A stretch of 64,000 nt of DNA from Salinivirgaceae bacterium (lineage in GTDB: Bacteria > Bacteroidota > Bacteroidia > Bacteroidales > SZUA-534): the NCBI GenBank assembly GCA_017551905.1, contig JAFZKK010000146.1:7343-71342 (forward strand), written 5' to 3'. A program made the position numbers and the translations under genes. Of this stretch, positions 25,988-37,118 are shown one piece after another (position 1 is the first letter of the stretch; every line of letters starts with the position of its first letter). The notes beneath the pieces are model-generated. The model saw only the letters and a program-made list of their open reading frames with translations, had not been told where the DNA came from and ran no database searches.

Positions 25988-28783
25988 ATGTATAAAAAAA
26001 TATTTTGTGTAATGCTGATGCTGATTATGGCATCACAATCGTTTGCGCAGCAAAAAGATGTTTCAAAAATGACTCGCGAGGACATTCTTGCAATGTCGTA
26101 CGACGAGTTGGGTGCTATGCCACTCGAAGATGTGATGAAACTGACCGAGATATTGGGCGTGTCGCTCAACGAACTTTACGAGATGCTTCTGAACAAAGAC
26201 GTTACTTCGGCTTCGAAAAAGGCCGAGAGCAGCTTCGACTCACCGCTTTCCACAACCGTTATCTCTTACGATGAGATAATCGCCTCGGGAGCACGCAACA
26301 TTCAGGAGGCCATGCGTTTGGTGCCGGGTGTCATTGTCCGCGAGAAAACCAACGGCAACTACGACATCCACATCCGTGGCAATAACAACATTCCTGACGA
26401 GAACCTTACGGTTTACACCGAGAACTCTATGACATTGGTTATGATTGACAACCGTCCAATCTACAACTATATTAATGGTGGTACATTCTGGGAGTCGTTC
26501 CCGATTGACATTGCCGACGTCGACCGTATTGAGGTTGTGCGTGGTGCCGCAAGTGCCCTCTATGGCGCTAATGCCGTAACGGGTGTTATCAACATTATCA
26601 CCAAAAATCCGGAGTCGGAAGATTTGCACATCAACGGACAGCTGCAAGGCGGGAACCTTGGCTCGTATATGGGAAGCCTGAACGTTGGCCAAAACATTGG
26701 CAAATTCGGCTACCGCGTTTCAGGTAACTATCAGAAAATGCAACGTACAACCGACAAATTCTATGTCTTCCAGTACGATTCGCTTTTCAACCGCGACGAT
26801 ATTCAGACACTGCCCGACAAAACAAGCTATTGGCTGACAGTGTTCAACCCGATGGAGAGCATAAAAGATTGGCATCCCTATCCAGAGACAGCCGTTGACC
26901 GTTATGGTGTCAATGCCAACCTTTATTTCAACGCTGCCGACGACATCAACTTTGTTTTGAGCGGTGGTTATCAGGATTCATACATCACATCATCATCGTT
27001 CGGCGACCCGTCAATCTCAATTACAGGCCGCGAAATAAAAAGCTCGTATGCCAATTTCATAGGCAAGGCCAAAGGTCTGACACTTCAGTCGAATATTATG
27101 TTGTCTGAGCAAGATATTGTGCATCAAAATGTAGGTTTCAAAGCCGATGCCCGCACATTCAACTTCAATGCCGAATACGATTTTTATATCGGCGATTTTA
27201 ATATCCGTCCGGGATTTTCGTACCAGAGTGCAACCTACGACGACACCCCGTATCTGATTGCTGACACCGCAGGCCTTTATTCATCAGGCTATATGAATGG
27301 TGAGTGCAGCTTCAACTCAATAGCCGGTTCGCTTCGTCTCGATTACAAAATGCTCGACGAGAAACTGCGCTTTATCTTGGGTGGCCGCTTCGAGAAATTC
27401 GACACTTCCGACGATTTGTACTTCCCGTTCCAAGCGGTGGCAAGCTACAATGTGAACGACAAGCACATGTTCCGCATTGTTGGTTCAATGGCTAACCGCA
27501 GTCCGTTCATTGTCGATTCATATTCAAACTTCGACTGGAACCGTCAGGGGCGTCCCTTCCCGTCGCACATTAAGTTCGATGGCAGCAAAGACCAGAAGCT
27601 GGCTACTACAAAGAATGTAGAGTTTGGCTATCGTGTCCGTCCGGTCCGCAACTTGTTTGTTGAGGCTGAGGCCTTTATGTCGTCAACTGAGAATTTCGGT
27701 TGCTTGCTGCCTGTGAGCTTGACAGCTAACATACATGCCGCTGATTCAATGGTGGCAAACATCAATCTGCCAAATGTTGGAACAGTATATTCAGTAAAAC
27801 AACCGGTGCCCGCACCTGCAATTCCTTATCAAGTCAACTTGAAATATCAAAACATCGATGTCGATGCGCACCAGTATGGCATTACATTGAATGCAGAGTG
27901 GGTGGCAAACGAGAAACTGATTTTCAAAGCGTTTGGCACTTATCAGATTACAAAACTGAAAGACCACAATTGCTATAACAACTCGCAAATCATCACCGAC
28001 ATGACAACATTGGCCGCTCTTAATGTTAAACAATATGCAGCCGGGGCGATTGATGCGCAACAAGCGGGAGTTAAAGGTCAGGGACTTGACGATTATTTTG
28101 CAACACCATTCAAGATTGGTGTTCAGCAGCAGCTCGATGCTGGCGCAATGCAGCAAATTGAGGCTGGTGTAACCATGCAGGCGGTAGTTAAACAATTGAT
28201 GGAAGCCGGTTTGCCGCAAGACCAAGCAATGGCGACAGCCAACCAAATGGCGCAAGCCCAAACCGATGAGTGGAAAGCTGCAGCAGCTCAAGTTCACGCT
28301 TTGGCCGAAAATGCTGAGATTGACGTGCAGGGCATACCTTCAATAATTGCCGAGCAGCATTTCAATTACGAGGAGTATGACCAAATGCTTAAGCAACTGC
28401 AGGCAGCAGGAATATATCCTACACTTTATAAGGATGCTGACGGTAATGGTAAAACATACGACGGTCGCTACGAGAAAAAAGAAATTGAGCACAAGGCAAC
28501 ACCGGCATTCTTTGGTGGTTTCAGTGTCAACTACACACCAATCGAGAAGCTGAACATCTATGCCAGCGGCAACTTCTACTCAAAACAAACCTACACAACA
28601 TCGAATGGCACATTCGAGGCCGACCCCAAGTTCATCCTGAACTGCAAGGTGTCGTACAAGGTTTGGAAAGACAACGCAGTATTCTTCAACGCCCGCAACC
28701 TTCTCAACGACAAGAAGCAGGAGTTCGCCTGGACCGACGAGACTCGCGGTTGCTATCTGGTAGGTCTTGACTTGAAATTCTGA
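25988..28783 (+). CDS. TonB-dependent-receptor-like outer-membrane protein, paralogue 2
   Basis: 931 aa. Same N-terminal extension and plug as paralogue 1 (NIQEAMRLVPGVIVREK...HIRGNNN...VDRIEVVRGAASALYG). Ends ...CYLVGLDLKF. Confidence 0.85.
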   Translation: MYKKIFCVMLMLIMASQSFAQQKDVSKMTREDILAMSYDELGAMPLEDVMKLTEILGVSLNELYEMLLNKDVTSASKKAESSFDSPLSTTVISYDEIIASGARNIQEAMRLVPGVIVREKTNGNYDIHIRGNNNIPDENLTVYTENSMTLVMIDNRPIYNYINGGTFWESFPIDIADVDRIEVVRGAASALYGANAVTGVINIITKNPESEDLHINGQLQGGNLGSYMGSLNVGQNIGKFGYRVSGNYQKMQRTTDKFYVFQYDSLFNRDDIQTLPDKTSYWLTVFNPMESIKDWHPYPETAVDRYGVNANLYFNAADDINFVLSGGYQDSYITSSSFGDPSISITGREIKSSYANFIGKAKGLTLQSNIMLSEQDIVHQNVGFKADARTFNFNAEYDFYIGDFNIRPGFSYQSATYDDTPYLIADTAGLYSSGYMNGECSFNSIAGSLRLDYKMLDEKLRFILGGRFEKFDTSDDLYFPFQAVASYNVNDKHMFRIVGSMANRSPFIVDSYSNFDWNRQGRPFPSHIKFDGSKDQKLATTKNVEFGYRVRPVRNLFVEAEAFMSSTENFGCLLPVSLTANIHAADSMVANINLPNVGTVYSVKQPVPAPAIPYQVNLKYQNIDVDAHQYGITLNAEWVANEKLIFKAFGTYQITKLKDHNCYNNSQIITDMTTLAALNVKQYAAGAIDAQQAGVKGQGLDDYFATPFKIGVQQQLDAGAMQQIEAGVTMQAVVKQLMEAGLPQDQAMATANQMAQAQTDEWKAAAAQVHALAENAEIDVQGIPSIIAEQHFNYEEYDQMLKQLQAAGIYPTLYKDADGNGKTYDGRYEKKEIEHKATPAFFGGFSVNYTPIEKLNIYASGNFYSKQTYTTSNGTFEADPKFILNCKVSYKVWKDNAVFFNARNLLNDKKQEFAWTDETRGCYLVGLDLKF

Positions 28784-28814
28784 TACACATATTATATATA
28801 TGTATAAACAAAGG

Positions 28815-28848
28815 CGGGAACAATGAAAATTGTTCCCGTTTTTATTTT
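28815..28848 (+). terminator. rho-independent terminator of module 2
   Basis: cgggaacaat-GAAA-attgttcccg (perfect 10-bp stem, GNRA loop) followed by TTTTTATTTT. Confidence 0.85.
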
Positions 28849-29013
28849 CAAAAATGCCTTTCACAAAGAAGAAAACAATGTTGACAAAATCGGTTTTATG
28901 AACAACGGCGGAGCAAAAACCCCGTTTTGTGGCTAAAACAATGCGATTTACGGGCTAACAATCAATTTTTGAAATAATTATTTTCAACCTATTGATTAAG
29001 ATGAAATTGTTTT

Positions 29014-29021
29014 TACCTTTG
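29014..29021 (+). promoter_or_regulatory. -7 promoter box (TAccTTTG) of the ribosomal super-operon
   Basis: Exact TAnnTTTG match 46 nt upstream of the rpsL ATG, downstream of the module 2 terminator. Confidence 0.55.
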
Positions 29022-29066
29022 CGAACCGATTTTGCGGAGAATTATGAACATTTTTATATAGAAAAT

Positions 29067-29441
29067 ATGCCAACTATACAACAATTAGTAAGAAAAGGGC
29101 GAGTAGAATTGGACAAGAAAAGCAAGGCACCAGCCTTGGATTCATGCCCACAACGCCGTGGAGTGTGCGTTCGTGTTTATACCACAACTCCAAAAAAACC
29201 AAACTCGGCAATGCGTAAGGTTGCCAGAGTCCGTCTGACAAATGGTAAGGAGGTCAACTCCTACATTCCGGGAGAAGGTCACAATTTGCAGGAGCACTCA
29301 ATTGTGATGATCCGCGGAGGTCGTGTTAAGGATCTACCAGGTGTTCGTTACCACATTATTCGTGGTGCTTTGGATACATCGGGAGTAGAGGGACGCAAAC
29401 AACGTCGCTCAAAGTATGGTGCTAAAAGACCTAAAAAATAA
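29067..29441 (+). CDS. rpsL: 30S ribosomal protein S12 (uS12)
   Basis: [12 protein letters not shown]...[13 protein letters not shown]...[10 protein letters not shown] is canonical uS12. The 25-codon upstream extension in the ORF track is not conserved-looking and covers the promoter. Confidence 0.97.
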   Translation: MPTIQQLVRKGRVELDKKSKAPALDSCPQRRGVCVRVYTTTPKKPNSAMRKVARVRLTNGKEVNSYIPGEGHNLQEHSIVMIRGGRVKDLPGVRYHIIRGALDTSGVEGRKQRRSKYGAKRPKK

Positions 29442-29458
29442 TCAATTAATATTTTAAA

Positions 29459-29935
29459 ATGAGAAAAGCAAAACCAAAAAGCAGGATTCTGTTACCAGAT
29501 CCTAAGTTTAATGATGTATTGGTTACCCGTTTTGTCAACAACTTGATGTTGGACGGAAAAAAGAACACCGCATACGAGATTTTCTACGATTCGCTCGATA
29601 TAGTTGGTGCTAAAATGAAAGACAACGAATTGTCACCTCTTGACATTTGGAAAAAGGCTCTGCAGAATGTAACCCCGCAAGTCGAGGTTCGCAGCCGTCG
29701 CGTTGGTGGTGCAACATTCCAGATTCCGCAGGAAATCCGTGAGACTCGCAAGGTGGCTATGAGCATGAAAAACATGATTCTGTTCGCACGCAAACGCGCC
29801 GGACGCTCAATGGCCGACAAACTCTCTGCCGAAATTATGGCGGCTTACAACGAAGAGGGTGGAGCATTCAAGAGGAAAGAAGAAATACACCGTATGGCAG
29901 AAGCCAACAAGGCCTTCTCGCACTTCCGCTTTTAA
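29459..29935 (+). CDS. rpsG: 30S ribosomal protein S7 (uS7)
   Basis: 158 aa. ...DPKFND.LVTRFVN.LM.DGKK..A..I... plus str-operon position. Confidence 0.97.
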   Translation: MRKAKPKSRILLPDPKFNDVLVTRFVNNLMLDGKKNTAYEIFYDSLDIVGAKMKDNELSPLDIWKKALQNVTPQVEVRSRRVGGATFQIPQEIRETRKVAMSMKNMILFARKRAGRSMADKLSAEIMAAYNEEGGAFKRKEEIHRMAEANKAFSHFRF

Positions 29936-29948
29936 TTAGAAGAATACA

Positions 29949-32048
29949 ATGGCAAGAGATCTTAGATACACTCGTAACTTCGGCATCATGGCTCACATCG
30001 ATGCCGGCAAGACAACCACTTCAGAACGAATCTTATTCTATACGGGTATAACACACCGTATTGGCGAGGTGCACGACGGCGCCGCCACTATGGACTGGAT
30101 GGTTCAGGAGCAGGAGCGCGGTATCACCATTACATCGGCAGCTACCACATGCTTCTGGAAATACAACGGCAACGAATACAAATACAACCTTATCGACACT
30201 CCGGGACACGTTGACTTCACTGTTGAGGTTGAACGTTGTCTTCGCGTTTTGGACGGCGCTGTTGCCGTTTACTGCGCAGTTGGTGGTGTTGAGCCACAGT
30301 CGGAGACTGTATGGCGTCAGGCCAACAAATATCACGTTCCGCGTATCGCGTTCGTCAATAAGATGGACCGCATTGGCGCTGACTATTTCTCGGTTGTTAA
30401 TCAGATTCGCGAGCGCCTGAACGCAAACGCCGTTACAATCCACATTCCAATCGGCTCTGAGGCTGATTTCCGTGGTTTGGTTGACCTTATCGAAATGAAG
30501 GCCATCGTTTGGATTGACGATGCTACAATGGGTACTACTTACAAGTACATCGACATTCCGGAGGATTTGGTTGAGACAGCAAACGAATATCGCGCAAAAC
30601 TGATTGAGTCGGTTGCCGAACTCGACGACACTCTTTTGGAGCGTTTCTTCGAGGACCCCGATTCAATAACAGTTGACGAGATTAAGAGTGTAATCCGCCG
30701 CGCTACAATCGAACAGATGATTGTTCCTGTTTTGTGCGGTTCAGCTTTCAAAAATAAAGGTATCCAACGTTTGTTGGACGCAGTGGCAGCATTCTTGCCA
30801 AGCCCTGTTGACGTACCGGCAGTTGTCGGAACCAATCCGGCTACCGACGCTGAGGAAGACCGTAAAGTTGATGCCAAAGAGCCGTTCTGCGGTTTGGCAT
30901 TCAAGATTGCAACCGACCCCTATGTAGGCCGTTTGTGCTTTATCCGCGTTTACAGCGGCGTGCTCAGCGCAGGCGACACTGTGCTGAATATGCGCACGGG
31001 CAAGAAAGAGCGTATCTCGCGTCTGTTCCAGATGCACTCTAACCACCAGAACCCGATGGAGAAGATTGAGGCTGGTGATATTTGCGCAGGTATCGGTTTC
31101 AAAGACATCCGCACCGGCGACACATTGTGCGCTGAGAGTGCCCCGATTGTACTCGAGAGCATGACATTCCCGAAACCGGTTATCAGCATCGCCATCGAGC
31201 CTAAGACTCAAGGCGATATGGAGAAACTTGACGCAGCTTTGATTAAGTTGGCAGAAGAAGACCCAACCTTTACTTTGAAGACCGACCAGGATTCGGGTCA
31301 GATAGTAATCAGCGGTATGGGTGAGCTGCACTTGGATATCCTTATCGACCGTCTGAAACGCGAGTTCAAAGTTGAAGTTAACCAGGGCGCTCCCCAGGTT
31401 GCATATAAAGAGGCTATCACAACATCGGTTGACCACCGCGAGGTGTTCAAGAAACAAACCGGTGGCCGTGGTAAGTTCGCCGATATCATTGTTAAAGTTT
31501 CTCCGGCCGAGGAAGGCAAAGAGGGCTTGACATTCATCGATTCAATCAAAGGTGGTCACATTCCGGCAGAGTACATTCCGTCGGTTGAGAAGGGCTTCAA
31601 AGAGGCTATGAAGAATGGTCCGTTGGCCGGTTTCCCTGTTGACAGCCTTCAGGTTGAGTTGGTCGATGGTTCGTTCCACCCGGTTGACTCTGACCAGCTT
31701 TCGTTCGAGATTGCAGGTCGTCAGGCGTTCCGTGAGGCTTGCGCCAAAGCGAAACCAATCCTTCTCGAGCCAATCATGCACGTTGAGGTTGTAACTCCTG
31801 AGGATTACATGGGCGATGTTATCGGTGACCTTAACAAACGCCGTGGCCAGGTTGAGGGTATGGAAAGCCGCTCGACAGGCGACCGCGTAATCAAAGCCAA
31901 TGTTCCATTGTCGGAGATGTTCGGTTATGTAACCGTACTGCGTACAATCACATCGGGCCGCGCAACATCGAGCATGGAGTTCTCGCACTATGCTGAGACA
32001 CCGAAAAACGTGGCAACAGAGGTGTTAGAGAAAATTAAAGGAAAATAA
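29949..32048 (+). CDS. fusA: elongation factor G
   Basis: 699 aa. G1 [10 protein letters not shown]3 DTPGHVDF, G4 NKMD, and EF-G domains III-V. Confidence 0.98.
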   Translation: MARDLRYTRNFGIMAHIDAGKTTTSERILFYTGITHRIGEVHDGAATMDWMVQEQERGITITSAATTCFWKYNGNEYKYNLIDTPGHVDFTVEVERCLRVLDGAVAVYCAVGGVEPQSETVWRQANKYHVPRIAFVNKMDRIGADYFSVVNQIRERLNANAVTIHIPIGSEADFRGLVDLIEMKAIVWIDDATMGTTYKYIDIPEDLVETANEYRAKLIESVAELDDTLLERFFEDPDSITVDEIKSVIRRATIEQMIVPVLCGSAFKNKGIQRLLDAVAAFLPSPVDVPAVVGTNPATDAEEDRKVDAKEPFCGLAFKIATDPYVGRLCFIRVYSGVLSAGDTVLNMRTGKKERISRLFQMHSNHQNPMEKIEAGDICAGIGFKDIRTGDTLCAESAPIVLESMTFPKPVISIAIEPKTQGDMEKLDAALIKLAEEDPTFTLKTDQDSGQIVISGMGELHLDILIDRLKREFKVEVNQGAPQVAYKEAITTSVDHREVFKKQTGGRGKFADIIVKVSPAEEGKEGLTFIDSIKGGHIPAEYIPSVEKGFKEAMKNGPLAGFPVDSLQVELVDGSFHPVDSDQLSFEIAGRQAFREACAKAKPILLEPIMHVEVVTPEDYMGDVIGDLNKRRGQVEGMESRSTGDRVIKANVPLSEMFGYVTVLRTITSGRATSSMEFSHYAETPKNVATEVLEKIKGK

Positions 32049-32066
32049 CTTTTATATTAACTTAAT

Positions 32067-32372
32067 ATGAGCCAGAAAATCAGAATCAAATTAAAGTCTT
32101 ACGATCACAACTTGGTCGACAAGTCGGCTGAGAAGATTGTGAAGACCGTAAAGACAACCGGCGCAGTAGTAAGCGGACCTATTCCACTTCCCACACACCG
32201 CCGCGTGTTTACAGTATTACGCTCAACTTTCGTGAACAAGAAATCACGCGAGCAGTTTGAGCTGTCTTCTTACAAAAGGCTATTGGACATCTACAGCTCT
32301 ACAGCTAAGACCATCGACGCCTTGATGAAACTTGAACTCCCCAGCGGTGTTGAAGTAGAGATTAAAGTATGA
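32067..32372 (+). CDS. rpsJ: 30S ribosomal protein S10 (uS10)
   Basis: 101 aa. [13 protein letters not shown]... is canonical. Confidence 0.97.
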   Translation: MSQKIRIKLKSYDHNLVDKSAEKIVKTVKTTGAVVSGPIPLPTHRRVFTVLRSTFVNKKSREQFELSSYKRLLDIYSSTAKTIDALMKLELPSGVEVEIKV

Positions 32373-32391
32373 CATTTTATATTAAATAAAA

Positions 32392-33009
32392 ATGGCTGGA
32401 TTAATAGGTAAAAAAATCGGAATGACATCGATTTTCAGTGCCGAGGGAAAAAATATTCCATGCACTGTTATCGAAGCAGGACCTTGTGTTGTTACACAAG
32501 TGAAGACCGTTGAGAAAGACGGTTACAGCGCATTACAGCTTGGCTATGACGACAGAAGCGAGAAAAACTTCTCGAAAGCCGAGTTGGGACACTTCAAGAA
32601 AGCCAACACCGCTCCAAAAGCGAAAGTGGCTGAATTTTTGGACTTCGATGGTGATTACAAATTGGGTGACACCATTTCAGTTGACATCTTCAACGATGAG
32701 GCTTGGGTTGACGTAACTGGAATCTCGAAAGGTAAAGGATTCCAAGGCGTTGTCCGCCGTCACAACTTCAACGGTGTGAACGACCAGACTCACGGTCAGC
32801 ACAACCGCAGCCGCCATCCGGGTTCATTAGGTGCATCATCGTATCCATCGCGAGTTATGCCGGGTATGCGCATGGCTGGTCGTATGGGTGGCGATCAAGT
32901 AAAAGTTCTCAGCCTTCGTATTGTGAAAATCATCCCTGAGAACAACTTAATTTTAGTTAAAGGATCTGTACCAGGTCACAAAGGTTCATACTTAATAATT
33001 GAGAAATAA
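32392..33009 (+). CDS. rplC: 50S ribosomal protein L3 (uL3)
   Basis: 205 aa. [10 protein letters not shown]...[13 protein letters not shown]. Confidence 0.97.
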   Translation: MAGLIGKKIGMTSIFSAEGKNIPCTVIEAGPCVVTQVKTVEKDGYSALQLGYDDRSEKNFSKAELGHFKKANTAPKAKVAEFLDFDGDYKLGDTISVDIFNDEAWVDVTGISKGKGFQGVVRRHNFNGVNDQTHGQHNRSRHPGSLGASSYPSRVMPGMRMAGRMGGDQVKVLSLRIVKIIPENNLILVKGSVPGHKGSYLIIEK

Positions 33010-33635
33010 TGGAATTGAAAGTTTTAAATCAAGAAGGAAAAGAAACTGGCAAAAACGTTAAGTTAAACGATTCCATCTACGGTATCGAGCCTAATGATCA
33101 CGCAATCTATCTTGACGTTAAGCAATACTTGGCAAACCAACGCCAGGGAACACATAAATCGAAACAGCGCAACGAGGTATCGGGAAGTACCCGCAAGTTG
33201 AAAAAACAGAAAGGTACCGGCGGTGCACGCTGCGGAAGCATCAAAGCTCCAGTTTTTGTAGGCGGTGGCCGTGTATTCGGTCCGGAGCCACGCGATTATT
33301 CGTTCAAATTGAACAAGAAGCTGAAACAGTTGGCGCGTAAGTCGGCTTTGTCTTACAAGGCAAAGGCAAATGAGATTATCGTTGTCGACAACATCGCAAT
33401 CAACGAGCCAAAGACAAAGGCTTATGTGGCTATTCTTGACAACCTGAAAATCAACGGCAAAAAATCATTGTTGGTGTTAGGGGAATCTAATAAAAACATA
33501 TATTTGTCGGCTCGAAATTTGGAAGGTGTGGAAGTCGTAACTGCCGACCTTTTAAATACTTATCAAATAATGAATGCTTCATCGCTTGTGATTACAGAGA
33601 ACTCATTGGAGATAATTGAAAACTTATTGGGATAA
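33009..33635 (+). CDS. rplD: 50S ribosomal protein L4 (uL4)
   Basis: 208 aa. ...[19 protein letters not shown]... The start overlaps the rplC stop (TAATG). Confidence 0.96.
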   Translation: MELKVLNQEGKETGKNVKLNDSIYGIEPNDHAIYLDVKQYLANQRQGTHKSKQRNEVSGSTRKLKKQKGTGGARCGSIKAPVFVGGGRVFGPEPRDYSFKLNKKLKQLARKSALSYKAKANEIIVVDNIAINEPKTKAYVAILDNLKINGKKSLLVLGESNKNIYLSARNLEGVEVVTADLLNTYQIMNASSLVITENSLEIIENLLG

Positions 33636-33636
33636 T

Positions 33637-33643
33637 AGGAGGG
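33637..33643 (+). promoter_or_regulatory. Shine-Dalgarno-like AGGAGGG upstream of rplW
   Basis: Perfect AGGAGG core, 7 nt before ATG 33651. No comparable purine core precedes any other gene of the operon. Confidence 0.6.
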
Positions 33644-33650
33644 AAAAACT

Positions 33651-33941
33651 ATGAGTATTATAATAAAACCAATCATAAGCGAGAAGATGACAGCTCAGTC
33701 AGAGAAACTGAACCGTTATGGTTTCATTGTCGACAAAAGAGCTGACAAATTGCAGATTCGCAAAGAGATAGAAGAATTGTACGGTGTCAAGGTTGACGCT
33801 GTCAACACAATCAGATATGCCGGCAAACGCAAATCGCGTTATACCAAGGCAGGATTTGTTGAGGGTCGCACCAACGCCTACAAGAAGGCCATTGTTACAT
33901 TGAAAGATGGCCAGACAATAGATTTTTATAGCAATATTTAG
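33651..33941 (+). CDS. rplW: 50S ribosomal protein L23 (uL23)
   Basis: 96 aa, with operon position between rplD and rplB. Confidence 0.95.
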   Translation: MSIIIKPIISEKMTAQSEKLNRYGFIVDKRADKLQIRKEIEELYGVKVDAVNTIRYAGKRKSRYTKAGFVEGRTNAYKKAIVTLKDGQTIDFYSNI

Positions 33942-33955
33942 TATTAATTTAGATA

Positions 33956-34786
33956 ATGGCCGCGAAAAAACTAAAACCCGTTACACCGGGTCAGCGAGGC
34001 AAGGTGGTTAGCAACTTTGAGACAGTAACCACCTCAACACCTGAAAAATCATTGTTGAGTCCATTAAGGAAGTCCGGAGGCCGTAACAACGACGGACGTC
34101 TAACAATGAGATATATAGGTGGTGGACACAAACAGCGCTATCGTATTATCGACTTCAAACGCGATAAAGATGGCGTAGCAGGAACAGTTAAATCGATAGA
34201 GTACGATCCAAATCGTAGCGCTCGTATCGCTTTAGTTGTTTATGCCGATGGAGAGAAAAGATACATTCTGGCACCAAACGGCTTGACCGTTGGCCAGGTA
34301 GTGATGTCAGGCAAGGGCGTAGCGCCCGAGGTTGGCAACGCTCTGTATCTTTCAGAGATTCCACTCGGTACTATCATTCACAACATCGAACTTCGTCCTA
34401 ACGCGGGAGGAAGCATGGCACGCAGCGCCGGAACGTTTGCGCAGCTTACATCGCGTGAAGGCAAGTACGCAATTGTGAAATTACCTTCGGGAGAAATCCG
34501 CATGGTATTGGTAACATGCAAAGCAACTATTGGAGTTGTCGGCAATTCAGATCATGCTTTGGAAGTGTCGGGAAAAGCCGGACGTTCTCGTTGGCTGGGT
34601 CGCAGACCGCGTAACCGTGGTGTTGTCATGAACCCTGTCGATCACCCGATGGGTGGTGGTGAAGGACGTGCTTCAGGCGGACACCCGCGTTCACGTAACG
34701 GTATGCCAGCTAAGGGATACAAGACTCGTCGTCCGAAAAAGCTGTCGAATAAAATGATTGTTGAACGTAGAAAAAGTAAAGCATAA
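33956..34786 (+). CDS. rplB: 50S ribosomal protein L2 (uL2)
   Basis: 276 aa. ...[12 protein letters not shown]...[15 protein letters not shown].... Confidence 0.98.
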   Translation: MAAKKLKPVTPGQRGKVVSNFETVTTSTPEKSLLSPLRKSGGRNNDGRLTMRYIGGGHKQRYRIIDFKRDKDGVAGTVKSIEYDPNRSARIALVVYADGEKRYILAPNGLTVGQVVMSGKGVAPEVGNALYLSEIPLGTIIHNIELRPNAGGSMARSAGTFAQLTSREGKYAIVKLPSGEIRMVLVTCKATIGVVGNSDHALEVSGKAGRSRWLGRRPRNRGVVMNPVDHPMGGGEGRASGGHPRSRNGMPAKGYKTRRPKKLSNKMIVERRKSKA

Positions 34787-34789
34787 ATT

Positions 34790-35056
34790 ATGAGTCGTTC
34801 GTTAAAAAAAGGGCCGTACATTTATTACAAGCTCGACGCTAAAGTGGCTGCAATGAATGAGTCAGGTAAGAAAGACGTTATCAAAACCTGGTCGAGGGCC
34901 TCAATGATTTCTCCAGACTTTGTAGGGCATACCTTTGCCGTTCATAACGGAAACCGCTTTATACCAGTTTATGTAACTGAGAACATGGTAGGTCATAAAT
35001 TGGGTGAATTCGCCCCAACCCGTCAGTTCAGAGGTCATGGAGGAAAGAAGAAATAA
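34790..35056 (+). CDS. rpsS: 30S ribosomal protein S19 (uS19)
   Basis: 88 aa. SRSLKKGP.....[12 protein letters not shown]. Confidence 0.97.
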   Translation: MSRSLKKGPYIYYKLDAKVAAMNESGKKDVIKTWSRASMISPDFVGHTFAVHNGNRFIPVYVTENMVGHKLGEFAPTRQFRGHGGKKK

Positions 35057-35077
35057 CAATGTAAATCGGAACTAACA

Positions 35078-35494
35078 ATGGGTGCAAGAAAAAGAAATAG
35101 AGCAAATCAGTTGAAGGAGGAAAGGAAGAACATAAGTTTCGCAAAACTTAATGATTGCCCGACATCTCCTCGTAAGATGCGTTTGATTGCCGATATGGTT
35201 CGTGGCGTTGAAGTCAACAAAGCATTAAGCATTCTACGCTATTGTCCTAAAGAGGCCTCAGCCAAAGTTGAAAAACTGTTATTGTCCGCTATCGCGAACT
35301 GGCAGCAGAAAAACGATGGTGCAAGAATTGAAGATTCGAATCTGTACGTGAAAGAGATTTCGGTGGATTCGGCTCGTCAGTTGAAACGTCTTCGTCCGGC
35401 TCCGCAAGGACGCGGATATCGTATCAGAAAACGTTCTAACCACGTTACAGTTGTTGTCGATAGCAAGAGTCAAACAAACGAAAAAAGTGAATAA
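35078..35494 (+). CDS. rplV: 50S ribosomal protein L22 (uL22)
   Basis: 138 aa. [17 protein letters not shown], plus operon position. Confidence 0.95.
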   Translation: MGARKRNRANQLKEERKNISFAKLNDCPTSPRKMRLIADMVRGVEVNKALSILRYCPKEASAKVEKLLLSAIANWQQKNDGARIEDSNLYVKEISVDSARQLKRLRPAPQGRGYRIRKRSNHVTVVVDSKSQTNEKSE

Positions 35495-36190
35495 ATGGGA
35501 CAGAAATGTAATCCGATAGGTAACAGATTGGGTGTCATCAAAGGATGGGATTCCAATTGGTTTGGAGGCAAGAAATATTCAGAGAAAATTCTTGAGGACA
35601 GTAAAATTCGTGAGTATCTTCAAGCTCGTCTGGCAAAAGCCGGTGTGTCGAAAATAATCATTGAGCGCACACTCAAGCTTATCACAATAACTATCAACAC
35701 CGCTCGTCCGGGTCTTATCATAGGCAAGGGCGGTCAGGAGGTTGACAAGTTGAAGGAAGAGCTGAAGAAAATAACCAAAAAGGAAGTGCAGATAAATATC
35801 TTTGAGATAAAGAGACCGGAACTCGATGCATTCCTTGTAGGTAACAATATCGCCCGTCAGCTGGAAGGCCGCGTGTCTTATCGCCGTGCAGTCAAGATGG
35901 GCATAGCATCAACAATGCGTATGGGTGCCGAGGGCATCAAAGTTCAAGTGTCTGGCCGTCTGGGCGGCGCTGAAATGGCACGGTCTGAAATATTCAAAGA
36001 GGGCCGTATTCCATTGCACACTTTGCGTGCCGACATCGACTACGCCATGGTTGAGGCATTGACTAAAGTGGGTTTGATTGGTATCAAAGTTTGGATTTGC
36101 AAAGGCGAGGTTTATGGCAAACGCGACCTTTCTCCGAATATCGGTGCCACACAACCACAGAAGAAGGGACTTAAAAAACGTCAGAAGTAA
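35495..36190 (+). CDS. rpsC: 30S ribosomal protein S3 (uS3)
   Basis: 231 aa. MGQK.NPIG.RLG...W.S.W, with KH and S3-C domains. Confidence 0.97.
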   Translation: MGQKCNPIGNRLGVIKGWDSNWFGGKKYSEKILEDSKIREYLQARLAKAGVSKIIIERTLKLITITINTARPGLIIGKGGQEVDKLKEELKKITKKEVQINIFEIKRPELDAFLVGNNIARQLEGRVSYRRAVKMGIASTMRMGAEGIKVQVSGRLGGAEMARSEIFKEGRIPLHTLRADIDYAMVEALTKVGLIGIKVWICKGEVYGKRDLSPNIGATQPQKKGLKKRQK

Positions 36191-36208
36191 TCTAAAAAAC
36201 AGTTAGAG

Positions 36209-36640
36209 ATGTTACAGCCAAAGAAAACTAAATACAGAAGAGTACAAAAAGGCCGCTCGAAAGGCAACGCCCACCGCGGTCACGAATTGGCTTTCGGATC
36301 TTTTGGTATCAAGGCTTTAGAGAATTGCTGGATTACTGGAAGACAAATCGAGGCAGCACGTCAGGCTGTTACTCGTTATATGAAACGTGAAGGACAAATT
36401 TGGATCAGAGTTTTCCCTGACAAAGTAATAACAAAGAAACCTGCCGATGTGCGTATGGGTAAAGGTAAAGGTGATCCTGAAGCTTTTGCCGCTGTAGTAA
36501 CTCCGGGTCGTATTATTATTGAGGCAGAGGGCGTTCCATTCGAAATCGCCAAAGAGGCATTGCGTCTGGGCGCACAGAAATTGCCAATCAAGACCAAATT
36601 CATCGTCCGTAACGACTATGTTGAATCTTCATCAATTTAA
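36209..36640 (+). CDS. rplP: 50S ribosomal protein L16 (uL16)
   Basis: 143 aa. [16 protein letters not shown].... Confidence 0.97.
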   Translation: MLQPKKTKYRRVQKGRSKGNAHRGHELAFGSFGIKALENCWITGRQIEAARQAVTRYMKREGQIWIRVFPDKVITKKPADVRMGKGKGDPEAFAAVVTPGRIIIEAEGVPFEIAKEALRLGAQKLPIKTKFIVRNDYVESSSI

Positions 36641-36846
36641 TGAGTATGAAAGCTTCAGAAGTTAGAGAGTTATCGACCTTGGAAATCCAAGAGCAGATTG
36701 AGAACAATGAAAAGATCCTGACCAAGATGCGTTTGAACCATGCAGTGTCGCCACTTGACAACACCAACAAAATTGGTGAGACAAAGAGAGACATCGCACG
36801 TCTGAAAACGGAACTGAGAGCCAGAGAGATTAACCAAAAAAAATAA
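36640..36846 (+). CDS. rpmC: 50S ribosomal protein L29 (uL29)
   Basis: 68 aa helical protein at the conserved position. The ATG overlaps the rplP stop. ATG 36646 is an alternative start. Confidence 0.9.
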   Translation: MSMKASEVRELSTLEIQEQIENNEKILTKMRLNHAVSPLDNTNKIGETKRDIARLKTELRAREINQKK

Positions 36847-36855
36847 TTTCGACAG

Positions 36856-37116
36856 ATGGAAACTACAAGAAATCTGAGAAAGGAACGTATAGGTATAGTG
36901 GTTAGCAACAAAATGGACAAAACCATTACCGTTGCCGTTAAACGCAAAGTTAAACACCCACTTTACGGAAAATTCGTGAATAAGACTACCAAGTTGCACG
37001 CTCAAGACGAAAAGAACGAGTGCAATATAGGTGATACTGTTAAGATTATGGAAACCAGACCTTTGAGCAAAACAAAGAACTGGCGTTTAGTTGAAATCAT
37101 TGAAAAAGCTAAGTAG
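36856..37116 (+). CDS. rpsQ: 30S ribosomal protein S17 (uS17)
   Basis: 86 aa. ...[19 protein letters not shown]......HPLYGK. Confidence 0.96.
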   Translation: METTRNLRKERIGIVVSNKMDKTITVAVKRKVKHPLYGKFVNKTTKLHAQDEKNECNIGDTVKIMETRPLSKTKNWRLVEIIEKAK

Positions 37117-37118
37117 TC

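Noticed and set aside
28849-28960. 37-codon ORF (MKIVPVFIFKNAFHKEENN...) in the spacer upstream of rpsL
   Set aside because: It starts inside the terminator loop of the preceding gene and has no promoter or conserved features. It is most likely non-coding.
28992-29066. 25-codon upstream extension of rpsL ([25 protein letters not shown])
   Set aside because: uS12 universally begins at MPTI(Q/N)QL. The extension also covers the promoter box at 29014.
30741-31457. 238-aa minus-strand ORF inside fusA (and several shorter ones)
   Set aside because: It is antisense to EF-G, which is certain.
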